IMG/VR virus record: IMGVR_UViG_3300044718_000102
Location: 271-64,270 of that record
From: a virus
Lineage: Duplodnaviria; Caudoviricetes
DNA: 64,000 bases
Reading direction: 5' to 3' (one strand)
Shown: piece after piece, positions 56,643-64,000 of the stretch
Layout of the letters: each line of letters opens with the position of its first letter
How positions within the stretch are numbered: position 1 is the first letter of the stretch
Program-made: the position numbers and the translations under genes
Notes under the pieces: generated by a model
Told to the model about the DNA's origin: nothing
The model's database searches: none
What the model saw: only the letters and a program-made list of their open reading frames with translations

Positions 56643-57083
56643 ATGCCGATCGAGCCCACCAAGGTCACCCTCGACGAGCGCTCGCTCACGCCGCATGGCG
56701 ACGTCGCCGAGCGCGCGATCGCGGAAATGCGCGCGAAGCTCGCCGACCGGCTGGCGGCGCCGGGCGATCGCGGCCGGCGCGCGCGGGTCGCGCTGGCGCT
56801 CAACGAGACTTACGCCCGGCTGTGGGCGGCCGAGCTTGACGCCGGCGCCGGCGCCGGCCGGCTCGCGGTCGACATCGCCAATGCGATCGGCGGCGTCACG
56901 GCCGCGATGGCGATCCAGGCGACCCACCGCCAGCCCCTCGCCGAACGCGTCCAGTTCGCGATGATGATCTCCTCGCTGGTCGGCAAGACCTGCGTCGAGA
57001 TCGTCGCGGGCTCCGACAACCTCAAGCCGCACGAGTTCACCGGCGTGTCCGCCGAGCAGATGCGCAAGCCGGGGCACGCCTGA
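56643..57083 (+). CDS. Phage hypothetical protein
   Basis: ATG 2 nt after previous stop (MPIEPTK...). Confidence 0.6.
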   Translation: MPIEPTKVTLDERSLTPHGDVAERAIAEMRAKLADRLAAPGDRGRRARVALALNETYARLWAAELDAGAGAGRLAVDIANAIGGVTAAMAIQATHRQPLAERVQFAMMISSLVGKTCVEIVAGSDNLKPHEFTGVSAEQMRKPGHA

Positions 57084-57346
57084 TGGGCGCGATCAGACAA
57101 CTTTTCCGCAGGAGCTCGCCCATGACGGCCCAGCCATCACCGGCCGCGCTCGCATCCGCGAGCGAGGCGGTCGCCCACCTGCGCGAGGAGGCGGACTTCA
57201 ATCGATCGTGGATCGATGGCCGCCAGCCGCCGACCGACATCAGCCCCGCGTATGCGGACCGGCGCCGCGAGGTCGCGGCCGCGCGCGAGCGCTGGGCCGA
57301 CGCGATCGACGCGCTGATCGCGGCGCAGCAAGGAGGCCGCGCATGA
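57083..57346 (+). CDS. Phage hypothetical protein
   Basis: Coupled early-operon ORF. Confidence 0.55.
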   Translation: MGAIRQLFRRSSPMTAQPSPAALASASEAVAHLREEADFNRSWIDGRQPPTDISPAYADRRREVAAARERWADAIDALIAAQQGGRA

Positions 57347-57570
57347 CGGCCCAGCATCAGGAATCGTCGCGTGTCGCGTCGCGTCCCCTTGTTCCGTCGA
57401 GTGTTGCGGAGGCGTTCATCGCCGGCGCTGCGGTCGATCAGAAGAGCCGCAGCGCCGGCTACCAGGCCGAGCTCGCCGGCGCCGGGCCCGGCTGCCCGGC
57501 CGGCATCGACATGTTCAGCTTCTTCCTCGGCCGCGCCGAGGCGCGCCGCTACCACGGGGCAAGGCGATGA
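57343..57570 (+). CDS. Phage hypothetical protein
   Basis: GGAGG RBS; ATGA overlap. Confidence 0.5.
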   Translation: MTAQHQESSRVASRPLVPSSVAEAFIAGAAVDQKSRSAGYQAELAGAGPGCPAGIDMFSFFLGRAEARRYHGARR

Positions 57571-57854
57571 TGGCTGACCGCCAGCTGCCGCCCGGGGATC
57601 GCAACGACGCGCCGATCCCGCCGCCCTTGCCGCGGCCGATCGAGCTCGCGGCCGCCGCGCGGCTCGAGCTCGACGCGATCGGCCGCGCGCTCGAGCAGGG
57701 CCGCGAGGCCTACGCCAAGCTGGTCAACGCGCTCGAGGAGGGCGAGCTCGGCGCCGCCGGCGCCGCGGCGCGCCGCCTCGTCCAGGAGCTGCGCGTCGAT
57801 CCGCGCGCGCTGGCGCGCCGCCTGGCGGAACGGCTGACGGGAGACGCATCGTGA
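57567..57854 (+). CDS. Phage hypothetical protein
   Basis: Coupled early-operon ORF. Confidence 0.55.
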   Translation: MMADRQLPPGDRNDAPIPPPLPRPIELAAAARLELDAIGRALEQGREAYAKLVNALEEGELGAAGAAARRLVQELRVDPRALARRLAERLTGDAS

Positions 57855-58150
57855 CGCAGCTCATCACTACCATGACCGGCACCGCCGGCGAACGCGCGTG
57901 CCGCGGCTGCGGCTGCACCGACCGGCGCGCCTGCCCGGGCGGCTGCGCCTGGGTGCTGCTCGACATCGAGGCCGACACCGGCGTGTGCAGCGCCTGCGCG
58001 CACCGCCTGCGCTGGCACATGCCCCTGATGGCGACGGTCGGCTGGGATCCGGCAGGCTTCGCCGAGGCGGTCGAGATGATCGAGGGCGACGAGCTGCGCG
58101 AGCTCCACGCCGCCACCACAGGCGTCGCGCCGCAGCGAGGCGCCGCATGA
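57851..58150 (+). CDS. Cys-rich (zinc-binding) phage protein
   Basis: CRGCGCTD..AC.GGCAWV...CSAC. Confidence 0.7.
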   Translation: MTQLITTMTGTAGERACRGCGCTDRRACPGGCAWVLLDIEADTGVCSACAHRLRWHMPLMATVGWDPAGFAEAVEMIEGDELRELHAATTGVAPQRGAA

Positions 58151-58431
58151 GCACCATCGTCCCCCTGCGCCGCGAGTCGGCCGCCGAGAAGCGCATGCGC
58201 GCGCGGCTCGCTAACGCGGCGGCGCCGATCAAGGCGGCGAACGAGAAGCTGGTCGGCGAGCTCGTCGCCGCCATGACCGAGGCGATCCTCGCCGGCGTCG
58301 ACGGCGCACAGGCGGCCGCGCTCACGATCGTCACCATCAACGAGATCACGCAGGCCTACGCGGCCGCCGCCATGCGCGCCCGCGACGAGCTGCGCCTGCT
58401 GTGCGACCGCGTAGAGGGAGAGGCGCCGTGA
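58147..58431 (+). CDS. Phage hypothetical protein
   Basis: ATGA overlap (MSTIVPLRR). Confidence 0.6.
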   Translation: MSTIVPLRRESAAEKRMRARLANAAAPIKAANEKLVGELVAAMTEAILAGVDGAQAAALTIVTINEITQAYAAAAMRARDELRLLCDRVEGEAP

Positions 58432-58766
58432 CGGGATCGATACTGCGCAAGCGCACGCCGGCCCAGCGCGCCGCGATCGACGCGCGCGCGGCCGCGTTCG
58501 AGCGGCCGATCTCGGCCTGGCAGGCGCAGGCGCTGCGCGCCATGGCCAGGGCGCCGCTCACCCGCGGCCGCGCCGGCTGGGCGAGCGATCATCTGATCGG
58601 CAAGTACTGGCAGGCGCAGACTGTCCGCGCGCTCGCCGCCCGCAGGCTCTGCAGCCTGGTCGGCGGCAGCCCGGGCCGCGAGCGGTTTGCCCGCATCACC
58701 GCCAAGGGCCGCCGCGAGCTCGAGCTGCATCCGCCGGCGCGCCACGCCTGGGGGAAGCCGCGATGA
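58428..58766 (+). CDS. Phage hypothetical protein
   Basis: GTGA overlap; winged-helix-like RITAKGR. Confidence 0.55.
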   Translation: MTGSILRKRTPAQRAAIDARAAAFERPISAWQAQALRAMARAPLTRGRAGWASDHLIGKYWQAQTVRALAARRLCSLVGGSPGRERFARITAKGRRELELHPPARHAWGKPR

Positions 58767-59014
58767 GCTTCAGGACGGGCTACGATCTGGTGGTCACGTC
58801 GCGCATGAAGCGCAATGCGCGTGCGCTGCGGCGGCGCGAGTTCAAGGCCATGATCGGCGGCTGCACCTCCTACATCGACGCCGAGACCGGCGCGCTGCGT
58901 CTCCTCGCAGAGACGCCCGATCGCGAGTACGAGCTGCTGTTCTCGCGTGAGGCGTCGGATTTCATCAGGGAGCGACTCGTCACGCGAACGACCGCGAAGA
59001 TGGGGCAACGATGA
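58763..59014 (+). CDS. Phage hypothetical protein
   Basis: Coupled ORF. Confidence 0.55.
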   Translation: MSFRTGYDLVVTSRMKRNARALRRREFKAMIGGCTSYIDAETGALRLLAETPDREYELLFSREASDFIRERLVTRTTAKMGQR

Positions 59015-59295
59015 GCGACCCCCGCCCGCTCGAGCAGGCCCCTGTCGAGCAGCTCGCCCGCGAGCTCCTCGTCAGCGTGCGCGAGCACTACCTGCGTCGG
59101 CCGACCTCGCGCGCGACCGCGCAGGAGGCGCTCAACGCGCTCGCCGTCGCGACCGCCGTCGTCTTCGCCGCGGCGCGCGAATGCGGCGACGAGGAAGGCG
59201 CGCGCGAGTTCTTCAACCTCGCGGTCGACAACCAGCTCGGCCTCGAGGACGGCCTGCCGACCAATCTCGGCGAACTCATCGGGTGGACGCGGTGA
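59011..59295 (+). CDS. Phage hypothetical protein
   Basis: Coupled ORF. Confidence 0.6.
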   Translation: MSDPRPLEQAPVEQLARELLVSVREHYLRRPTSRATAQEALNALAVATAVVFAAARECGDEEGAREFFNLAVDNQLGLEDGLPTNLGELIGWTR

Positions 59296-59594
59296 CGCAA
59301 CGCTTCCACATTCCGTTCGCCGGCGATGTGCCACCCACCACCGCGGCGCGCGCGCTCGGCATGACGCTCGAGGCGTTCGCGGCCGCGCTGCCGCTGCTCA
59401 CCGGGCGCGGATTCCCGGGCGCCGACCCCACCACCGGCAACTACGATCTCGACGCGATCGACGCCTGGCGGCGCGCGCGTTATCCACACCTGTTCGGCGA
59501 GCGCGTTGACGCCGCCCCCTCTGCCCTCGACGCTTCGCGCGTCGACGTGGCAGCCAGGGTGGCGAGTCTCCCTCGCCGGACGCGAAGTGGGTAA
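59292..59594 (+). CDS. Excisionase-like HTH protein
   Basis: AARALGM...F....L..RGFP..DPTTG.YDLDAIDAW; immediately upstream of integrase. Confidence 0.7.
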   Translation: MTQRFHIPFAGDVPPTTAARALGMTLEAFAAALPLLTGRGFPGADPTTGNYDLDAIDAWRRARYPHLFGERVDAAPSALDASRVDVAARVASLPRRTRSG

Positions 59595-60888
59595 GGTGAA
59601 GATCCCCTACTACGTGACGCGCAAGGCGTGGCCGGGCAGCCGCGAGACGCTCGGCTATTGGTCGCCGTGCCTGGCGCGGCCGAACCGCAGGACCGGCGCG
59701 TCCGAGCCGACGCTGATGTCGAAGCTCGGCTTCAAGCTGGTCGCGCTGGGGCCCGACGGCCCCGACGCCTGGGCCGGCGCCGCCACCTGGAACAGGCGCT
59801 GGAAGGCTGCCAGGGCCGCCTACAGGGCCGGCCGGAGCGTCGACCTCGCCGAGTTCACCGCTCACCCGCCTGAACGCGAGCGCCGCGTATGGCCCGCCAA
59901 TTCGCTCGGCGAGGCCTTCACGCGCTTCCGCGCCACCGGCTCATGGCTGCAGGCGAAACAGCCGCGCACCCGCCAGGACTGGTGGCGCGGCTGGGACCTC
60001 ATCGCGCCGGTGTTCGGCGATCTCGATCCCGCCACCGTGTCGTTCGAGCAGCTCGACCTCTGGTATTTCGGGAGCGCCGAGCGGGCCGTTGCCGGCCTGC
60101 TCGAAACTGTCGGCGTGCGCGAGGCGCATCGCGCGATGAAGATCTGGCGGGCGCTATGGGTCGCGGCGTCGAAGATCAAGCGCGACGACGGCCGGCACTA
60201 CTGCGTGACCGACGCCGATCCCTCGCTCGGCGTGCGCCGGCAGACGCCGATGCCGCGCAATCTCGTGTGGTACGAGGGCGAGGCTGTGCGCCTGGTCAAG
60301 CGCGCGATCCGCATGCGCTACTACGGCCTCGCCGCGGCGCTCGGTGTCGCCTGGGACACGGCGTTCGCGCCGGTCGATCTCGTCGCCCTCACGGTCGCGC
60401 AGCTCGCGACGCCGCCGGTCATCAAGGACCGCACCAAGACCGGCGAAGGCGCGATCGGCACCGTGGGCAAGCGCACCCAGCGCCTGCTCGCCGACTACCG
60501 CGCGACGCTGCCCGAGAACCTGCTCGGCTCGGCGCCGATCTTCTACACGCGCGGCGCCGAGGCCGGCCCGAAGGGCGGCCGCCGGTGGGCCGGACAACCC
60601 TACACGGTCAACAAGCTCGGCAAGGATTTCCGCGATGTGCGCGACGCCGAGTTTCCCGGCGACAAGCGCACCATCGGCAACGACTTCCGCCGATCGCGCG
60701 CGCTCGAGGTGCTCGCCGGCGACGCCCCGAAGGGCGCGCTCAACGCCAAGATGGCGAACTCGATGGAGGAGAGCCGCGAGCTGCGCCGCACCTACACGCC
60801 GGTGCAGACCGCCGTGGTGCAGCTCGCCGACGCGGCCGCGGTGCGCGGGCGGCGCGCGCTGCGCGGCGGCGGCAAGGAGCCGAAATGA
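59587..60888 (+). CDS. Divergent tyrosine recombinase (prophage integrase)
   Basis: RTKTG, DFRRS, terminal TY; last large gene before tRNA. Confidence 0.75.
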   Translation: MGKVKIPYYVTRKAWPGSRETLGYWSPCLARPNRRTGASEPTLMSKLGFKLVALGPDGPDAWAGAATWNRRWKAARAAYRAGRSVDLAEFTAHPPERERRVWPANSLGEAFTRFRATGSWLQAKQPRTRQDWWRGWDLIAPVFGDLDPATVSFEQLDLWYFGSAERAVAGLLETVGVREAHRAMKIWRALWVAASKIKRDDGRHYCVTDADPSLGVRRQTPMPRNLVWYEGEAVRLVKRAIRMRYYGLAAALGVAWDTAFAPVDLVALTVAQLATPPVIKDRTKTGEGAIGTVGKRTQRLLADYRATLPENLLGSAPIFYTRGAEAGPKGGRRWAGQPYTVNKLGKDFRDVRDAEFPGDKRTIGNDFRRSRALEVLAGDAPKGALNAKMANSMEESRELRRTYTPVQTAVVQLADAAAVRGRRALRGGGKEPK

Positions 60889-61115
60889 TTGAACGCGGCG
60901 ATCTCTATGTCGGACAGCGCGCGTGGTGGACGCGCGTTTGCGGCGGCAACTTCGGGCAGGCCGAGTACATCCCGGTCACGGTCCAGAGGATCGGCAAGCG
61001 CGTGACGGTCGAGGCGCGGCTACGACGCGGCGGGACGAAGTTGGTCGCGGTCAGTCGCGAACGCCTGTCCGCCGCTCAGCAGGCAGCGCGAACAGACCGC
61101 GCTCAAAATAGTTGA
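60885..61115 (+). CDS. Small hypothetical protein
   Basis: AAGGAG RBS; ATGA overlap with integrase. Confidence 0.55.
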   Translation: MIERGDLYVGQRAWWTRVCGGNFGQAEYIPVTVQRIGKRVTVEARLRRGGTKLVAVSRERLSAAQQAARTDRAQNS

Positions 61116-61199
61116 ATCGCGTCGCGTAAAGAGTCGAATCGCAACCATCGACGGAGAGCGGCGTGCTCACGCAACGTGCTGAAATGATTTTGGAAAAAA

Positions 61200-61276
61200 T
61201 GGCGGGAGCGACGGGACTCGAACCCGCGACCTTCGGCGTGACAGGCCGACGCTCTAACCAACTGAGCTACGCCCCC
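61200..61276 (-). tRNA. tRNA-Asp(GTC); likely prophage attachment site
   Basis: GGGGGCGTAGCTCAGTTGGTTAGAGCGTCGGCCTGTCACGCCGAAGGTCGCGGGTTCGAGTCCCGTCGCTCCCGCCA. Confidence 0.97.
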
Positions 61277-61607
61277 ACGCTGCTCGCGTGAAGTACGCCC
61301 GCGCGCGGGAGATACGAGACCCCCCCGGCCAAGTCAAGGTCGCGCCCGCAGGACGGCCGGAAGCCTCCGCGCGGCCGACGCAACCGCCTTGCGCGCCCGC
61401 CGAAGCCCCGATTTCAGGGAAAAATCGCGCCCCGACGCGGCCGAGGACGCGAGAAACGGCTCAGAATCGCACATTTTTGGAGTTGTCCACGCAGAATCGC
61501 CACAAAAATCAGGCAATTCGGAAATTGCACATGGTCAAGGGGCGCGAGAATCGCCTATGTGGATCGGCAGTTCTTGCGTTCCCGGTCAGTCGAACAGGAG
61601 GGACTCC

Positions 61608-61901
61608 ATGGCCAAGGCTGCTCAGCCGACAGTGACGCTGAAGCACCTCGCCGCCGGCTTAGCCGCCGAGCATGACATGGCGAAGAAGCAATCCGAGACG
61701 ATCCTCGCCGATTTCATCGGCATGATCGCCAAGCACCTCAAGAAGGGCGACCGCATCCGCATCGGCGGGCTCGGCATCCTGCAGGTCCGCAAGCGGGCCG
61801 CCCGCATGGGCCGCAACCCGGCGACCGGCGAACAGATCAAGATCAAGGCGAGCAAGAAGGTCGCGTTCCGCGCCGTCAAGGAATTGAGGGAAGCGGTCTG
61901 A
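61608..61901 (+). CDS. HU-family DNA-binding protein
   Basis: GLGILQVRKRAARMGRNPATGEQIKIKASKKVAFR. Confidence 0.95.
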   Translation: MAKAAQPTVTLKHLAAGLAAEHDMAKKQSETILADFIGMIAKHLKKGDRIRIGGLGILQVRKRAARMGRNPATGEQIKIKASKKVAFRAVKELREAV

Positions 61902-62124
61902 GCGCCGCCATCCAACAGCAGGAATTCCGACAAGCCCCGGCAAACCGAGGACCACGTCGGATCGTCTCGAGCGGCGACGTCGCGACCGCTCTGTCATCCC
62001 CTCCGGCCTTCGGGCACGACGGGTAGCGTGCGAACAACTCCTCGCAATGGGTAAGTAAGTTCGGACGAATTTCTCTCCTCTCTCAACGTCAACTCCAACG
62101 CCAACATCAAGAAGGGACATACCA

Positions 62125-62427
62125 ATGCCGAGCTACCTCACGAAGTCGCAACTGCTCGAGAAGATCAGCGAACAGCATTCCGAGATCTCGAAGCGGGACA
62201 TCAAGGGGATCATGGAGACGCTCTCGGCCGTCGGCCACAAAGAGCTGAAGAAGTCCGGCGTCTTCGTCGTTCCGGGCTTCGCGAAATTCGTCGTCATCAA
62301 GAAGCCGGCCACCAAGGCGCGCGAAGGCACGAACCCCTTCACGGGCGAGAAGATGATGTTCAAGGCCAAGCCGGCCCGCAAGATCGTCCGCGCGCGCCCC
62401 GTCAAGGCGATCAAGGACGCGGTCTGA
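62125..62427 (+). CDS. HU-family DNA-binding protein (second paralogue)
   Basis: PGFAKF....PATKAREGTNPFTGE...FKAKPA. Confidence 0.93.
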   Translation: MPSYLTKSQLLEKISEQHSEISKRDIKGIMETLSAVGHKELKKSGVFVVPGFAKFVVIKKPATKAREGTNPFTGEKMMFKAKPARKIVRARPVKAIKDAV

Positions 62428-62462
62428 GCGCCACCGTCGATCCGCCAGGAATCCCGATGCGT

Positions 62463-62502
62463 CGCCCGGCTCAAGCCGGGCGCCGCGTCGGGATTTTCTT
62501 TT
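62463..62502 (+). terminator. Probable terminator after second HU gene
   Basis: CGCCCGGC-TCAA-GCCGGGCG hairpin, T-rich run shortly after. Confidence 0.5.
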
Positions 62503-62516
62503 GCGCTGGCGGCTTT

Positions 62517-62545
62517 GTTGGTTAGAGCGTCGGCCTGTCACGCCG
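62517..62545 (+). pseudogene. 29-bp tRNA-Asp fragment, inverted relative to the intact gene
   Basis: Exact reverse complement of 61234-61262. Confidence 0.8.
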
Positions 62546-62710
62546 CATGTAGAACTTGCGGTCGTCCTCGTGAGTGACGCGAAAGCCGAGCCGGTCGTAG
62601 AGGCGCTTCGCCGAATTGCTCTTGACGACGCCGAGCGTCACCGCGCGGCCCGCGTTCGCGGCTTCGTCGATCAGCCGATGCATTACCTCGGTGCCGATGC
62701 GCTGGCGCAA
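62522..62710 (-). pseudogene. C-terminal fragment of a GNAT acetyltransferase
   Basis: QRIGT.V...LI......VTLGVVKSN.AKRLYDRLGF; N-terminus absent, abuts tRNA-Val 3' end. Confidence 0.7.
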
Positions 62711-62723
62711 GCGCCGCGAAGGC

Positions 62724-62799
62724 TGGTGGGCGGTGACGGGCTCGAACCGCCGACCCTCTCGGTGTAAACGAGATGCTCTACCAACTGAGCTAACCGCCC
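62724..62799 (-). tRNA. tRNA-Val(TAC)
   Basis: GGGCGGTTAGCTCAGTTGGTAGAGCATCTCGTTTACACCGAGAGGGTCGGCGGTTCGAGCCCGTCACCGCCCACCA. Confidence 0.97.
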
Positions 62800-62877
62800 T
62801 GCCCTCTGTATCGCGCCGCGCCAGGCGCTGCGCAAGCGGCAAGGGCTTTGCCGCACGGTGCCTTACGGCACGGCGCC

Positions 62878-63645
62878 TTACCGCACGGCGTGAAACAGCC
62901 GCGAGACACGCAGGTCGATCGGATCGGTGATGACGTCGAGCCAGTTGGCGAATGGCGTGATCGAGAACAGCACGCGGTTGACCCGGCCGATCAGGTTCTC
63001 GGCTGGAACGAAACCGACGCCGCCCTCGTCCGGGCTCACCCGGCTGTCGAGCGAGTTGTCGCGGTTGTCGCCCATCATGAAGTAGTGGTCGGACGGCACC
63101 GTGAACTCCGCCGTGTCGTCGAGCGGACCTTCCGCCACCTTGATGATGTCGTGCGCGCGGCCGCCCGGCAGCGTCTCGACGTATTTCATCGCCGGCACCA
63201 TGGCGCCGCCGAGCCCGACCGTGATCGGGCCGACCGCACGGCGCGGCACTTGGGTGCCGTTGATGTAGAGCTGGCCGCCGCGCATCTGGATGCGGTCGCC
63301 CGGCATGCCGATCACGCGCTTGACGTAGGTCTGGCGCGGATCGCGCGGCAACGCGAACACGGCGATGTCGCCGCGCTCGGGCGGATGATCGAGCACGCGG
63401 CCATGGATCGGGATCACGCCGATCGGCGCCGAATAGCGGCCGTAGCCATAGGCGTATTTCGCGGCCGCGATCTCGTCGCCGATCATCAGCGTCGGCTCCA
63501 TCGAGCCGGACGGCACGATGAAGGGCTGGCCGATCGCGGTGCCGGCGAACAACATGATGGCACCGGTAATCACCAGGCCCTTGAGCTCGTCAAACACGCG
63601 CCTGGCGCGCGAGGGCGCGGGGGTCACCGTCAACTGCTGTGTCAT
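62878..63645 (-). CDS. lepB: Signal peptidase I
   Basis: PSGSMEPTL, YVKRVIG.PGD, GDNRDNSLDSR. Confidence 0.95.
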   Translation of the reverse strand: MTQQLTVTPAPSRARRVFDELKGLVITGAIMLFAGTAIGQPFIVPSGSMEPTLMIGDEIAAAKYAYGYGRYSAPIGVIPIHGRVLDHPPERGDIAVFALPRDPRQTYVKRVIGMPGDRIQMRGGQLYINGTQVPRRAVGPITVGLGGAMVPAMKYVETLPGGRAHDIIKVAEGPLDDTAEFTVPSDHYFMMGDNRDNSLDSRVSPDEGGVGFVPAENLIGRVNRVLFSITPFANWLDVITDPIDLRVSRLFHAVR

Positions 63646-63737
63646 CTGCCTGCCTGCTCGACCGCGCCAGCCCGTGAGATGAGGCCCCGGCCCCTCGAAT
63701 ACGACGCGGCACGCCGCCACATCAAGTGGCCCCAAGC

Positions 63738-63774
63738 AAAAACGGCGGCGCCGAAGCGCCGCCGCAGCTTTTTG
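63738..63774. terminator. Probable terminator downstream of lon
   Basis: CGGCGGCGC-CGAA-GCGCCGCCG with A run on left and T run on right. Confidence 0.65.
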
Positions 63775-63871
63775 ATATGGCATCCAGGTTGGGACCCCGG
63801 CCGGGATCGCGGACCGCGGCTCAGTGGGCCGTGAGCCCCTTCTCCTCCTCGACGGACGCCTCGACCGGGGT

Positions 63872-64000
63872 CTAGATCGGCTTGGCTGCCGCCTCGTCCC
63901 ATTCGATCGGCTCGGGCTTGCGGGTGAGTGCGCGGGCGAGAACCTCGTCCATGCGCGACACCGGAATGATCTCCAGGCCCTTCTTCACGCTCTCGGAGAT
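63872..64000 (-). CDS. lon: Lon protease, 3' end (partial)
   Basis: VKKGLEIIPVSRMDEVLARAL..KPEPIEWDE; TAG at 63872-63874. Confidence 0.9.
   Translation of the reverse strand: MSESVKKGLEIIPVSRMDEVLARALTRKPEPIEWDEAAAKPI

Larger units (their letters stand above)
1..61200. mobile_element. Prophage (temperate podovirus, BPP-1/T7-like virion module) integrated next to tRNA-Asp; left boundary outside window
   Basis: Contiguous integrase, CI/Cro, replication, terminase, portal, capsid, tail-tube, ejection and lysis genes ending at the 3' end of a tRNA gene; host genes resume beyond it. Confidence 0.95.

Noticed and set aside
1-61199. attL copy of the tRNA-Asp 3' end
   Set aside because: No direct repeat of the tRNA 3' end noticed; the left boundary probably lies outside the window
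62851-62890. 15-bp triple repeat at the lepB stop
   Set aside because: Simple local duplication of the gene end; no evidence of function

Overview
High-GC alphaproteobacterial (Rhizobiales-like) chromosome. About 1-61200 is a temperate podovirus-type prophage (BPP-1/T7-like virion module) whose right end abuts the 3' end of tRNA-Asp; its left end lies outside the window. From right to left it carries a divergent tyrosine integrase plus excisionase, early + strand genes, a CI/Cro switch with five recognisable operators, GapR, an MT-A70 methyltransferase, a replication protein with an internal origin, a NusG-like antiterminator, a serine recombinase cassette, terminase, portal, scaffold, capsid, tail tubes A/B, ejection proteins, tail fibres, a GH19 endolysin with membrane genes and an outer-membrane beta-barrel, then accessory genes. 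Host genes at the right are tRNA-Asp, two HU genes, tRNA-Val, signal peptidase I and the 3' end of lon. The most notable items are: a self-contained two-gene unit encoding a small Gly-Gly-ending protein and a Cys-containing partner; a serine recombinase flanked by 9-bp direct repeats just upstream of terS; a 37x12-bp coding repeat that varies at only two positions; virion-module proteins with Sec signal peptides; a shared RYG motif in small late proteins; and host REP-like elements read in frame inside phage genes. Family names are from recalled motifs, not database searches.
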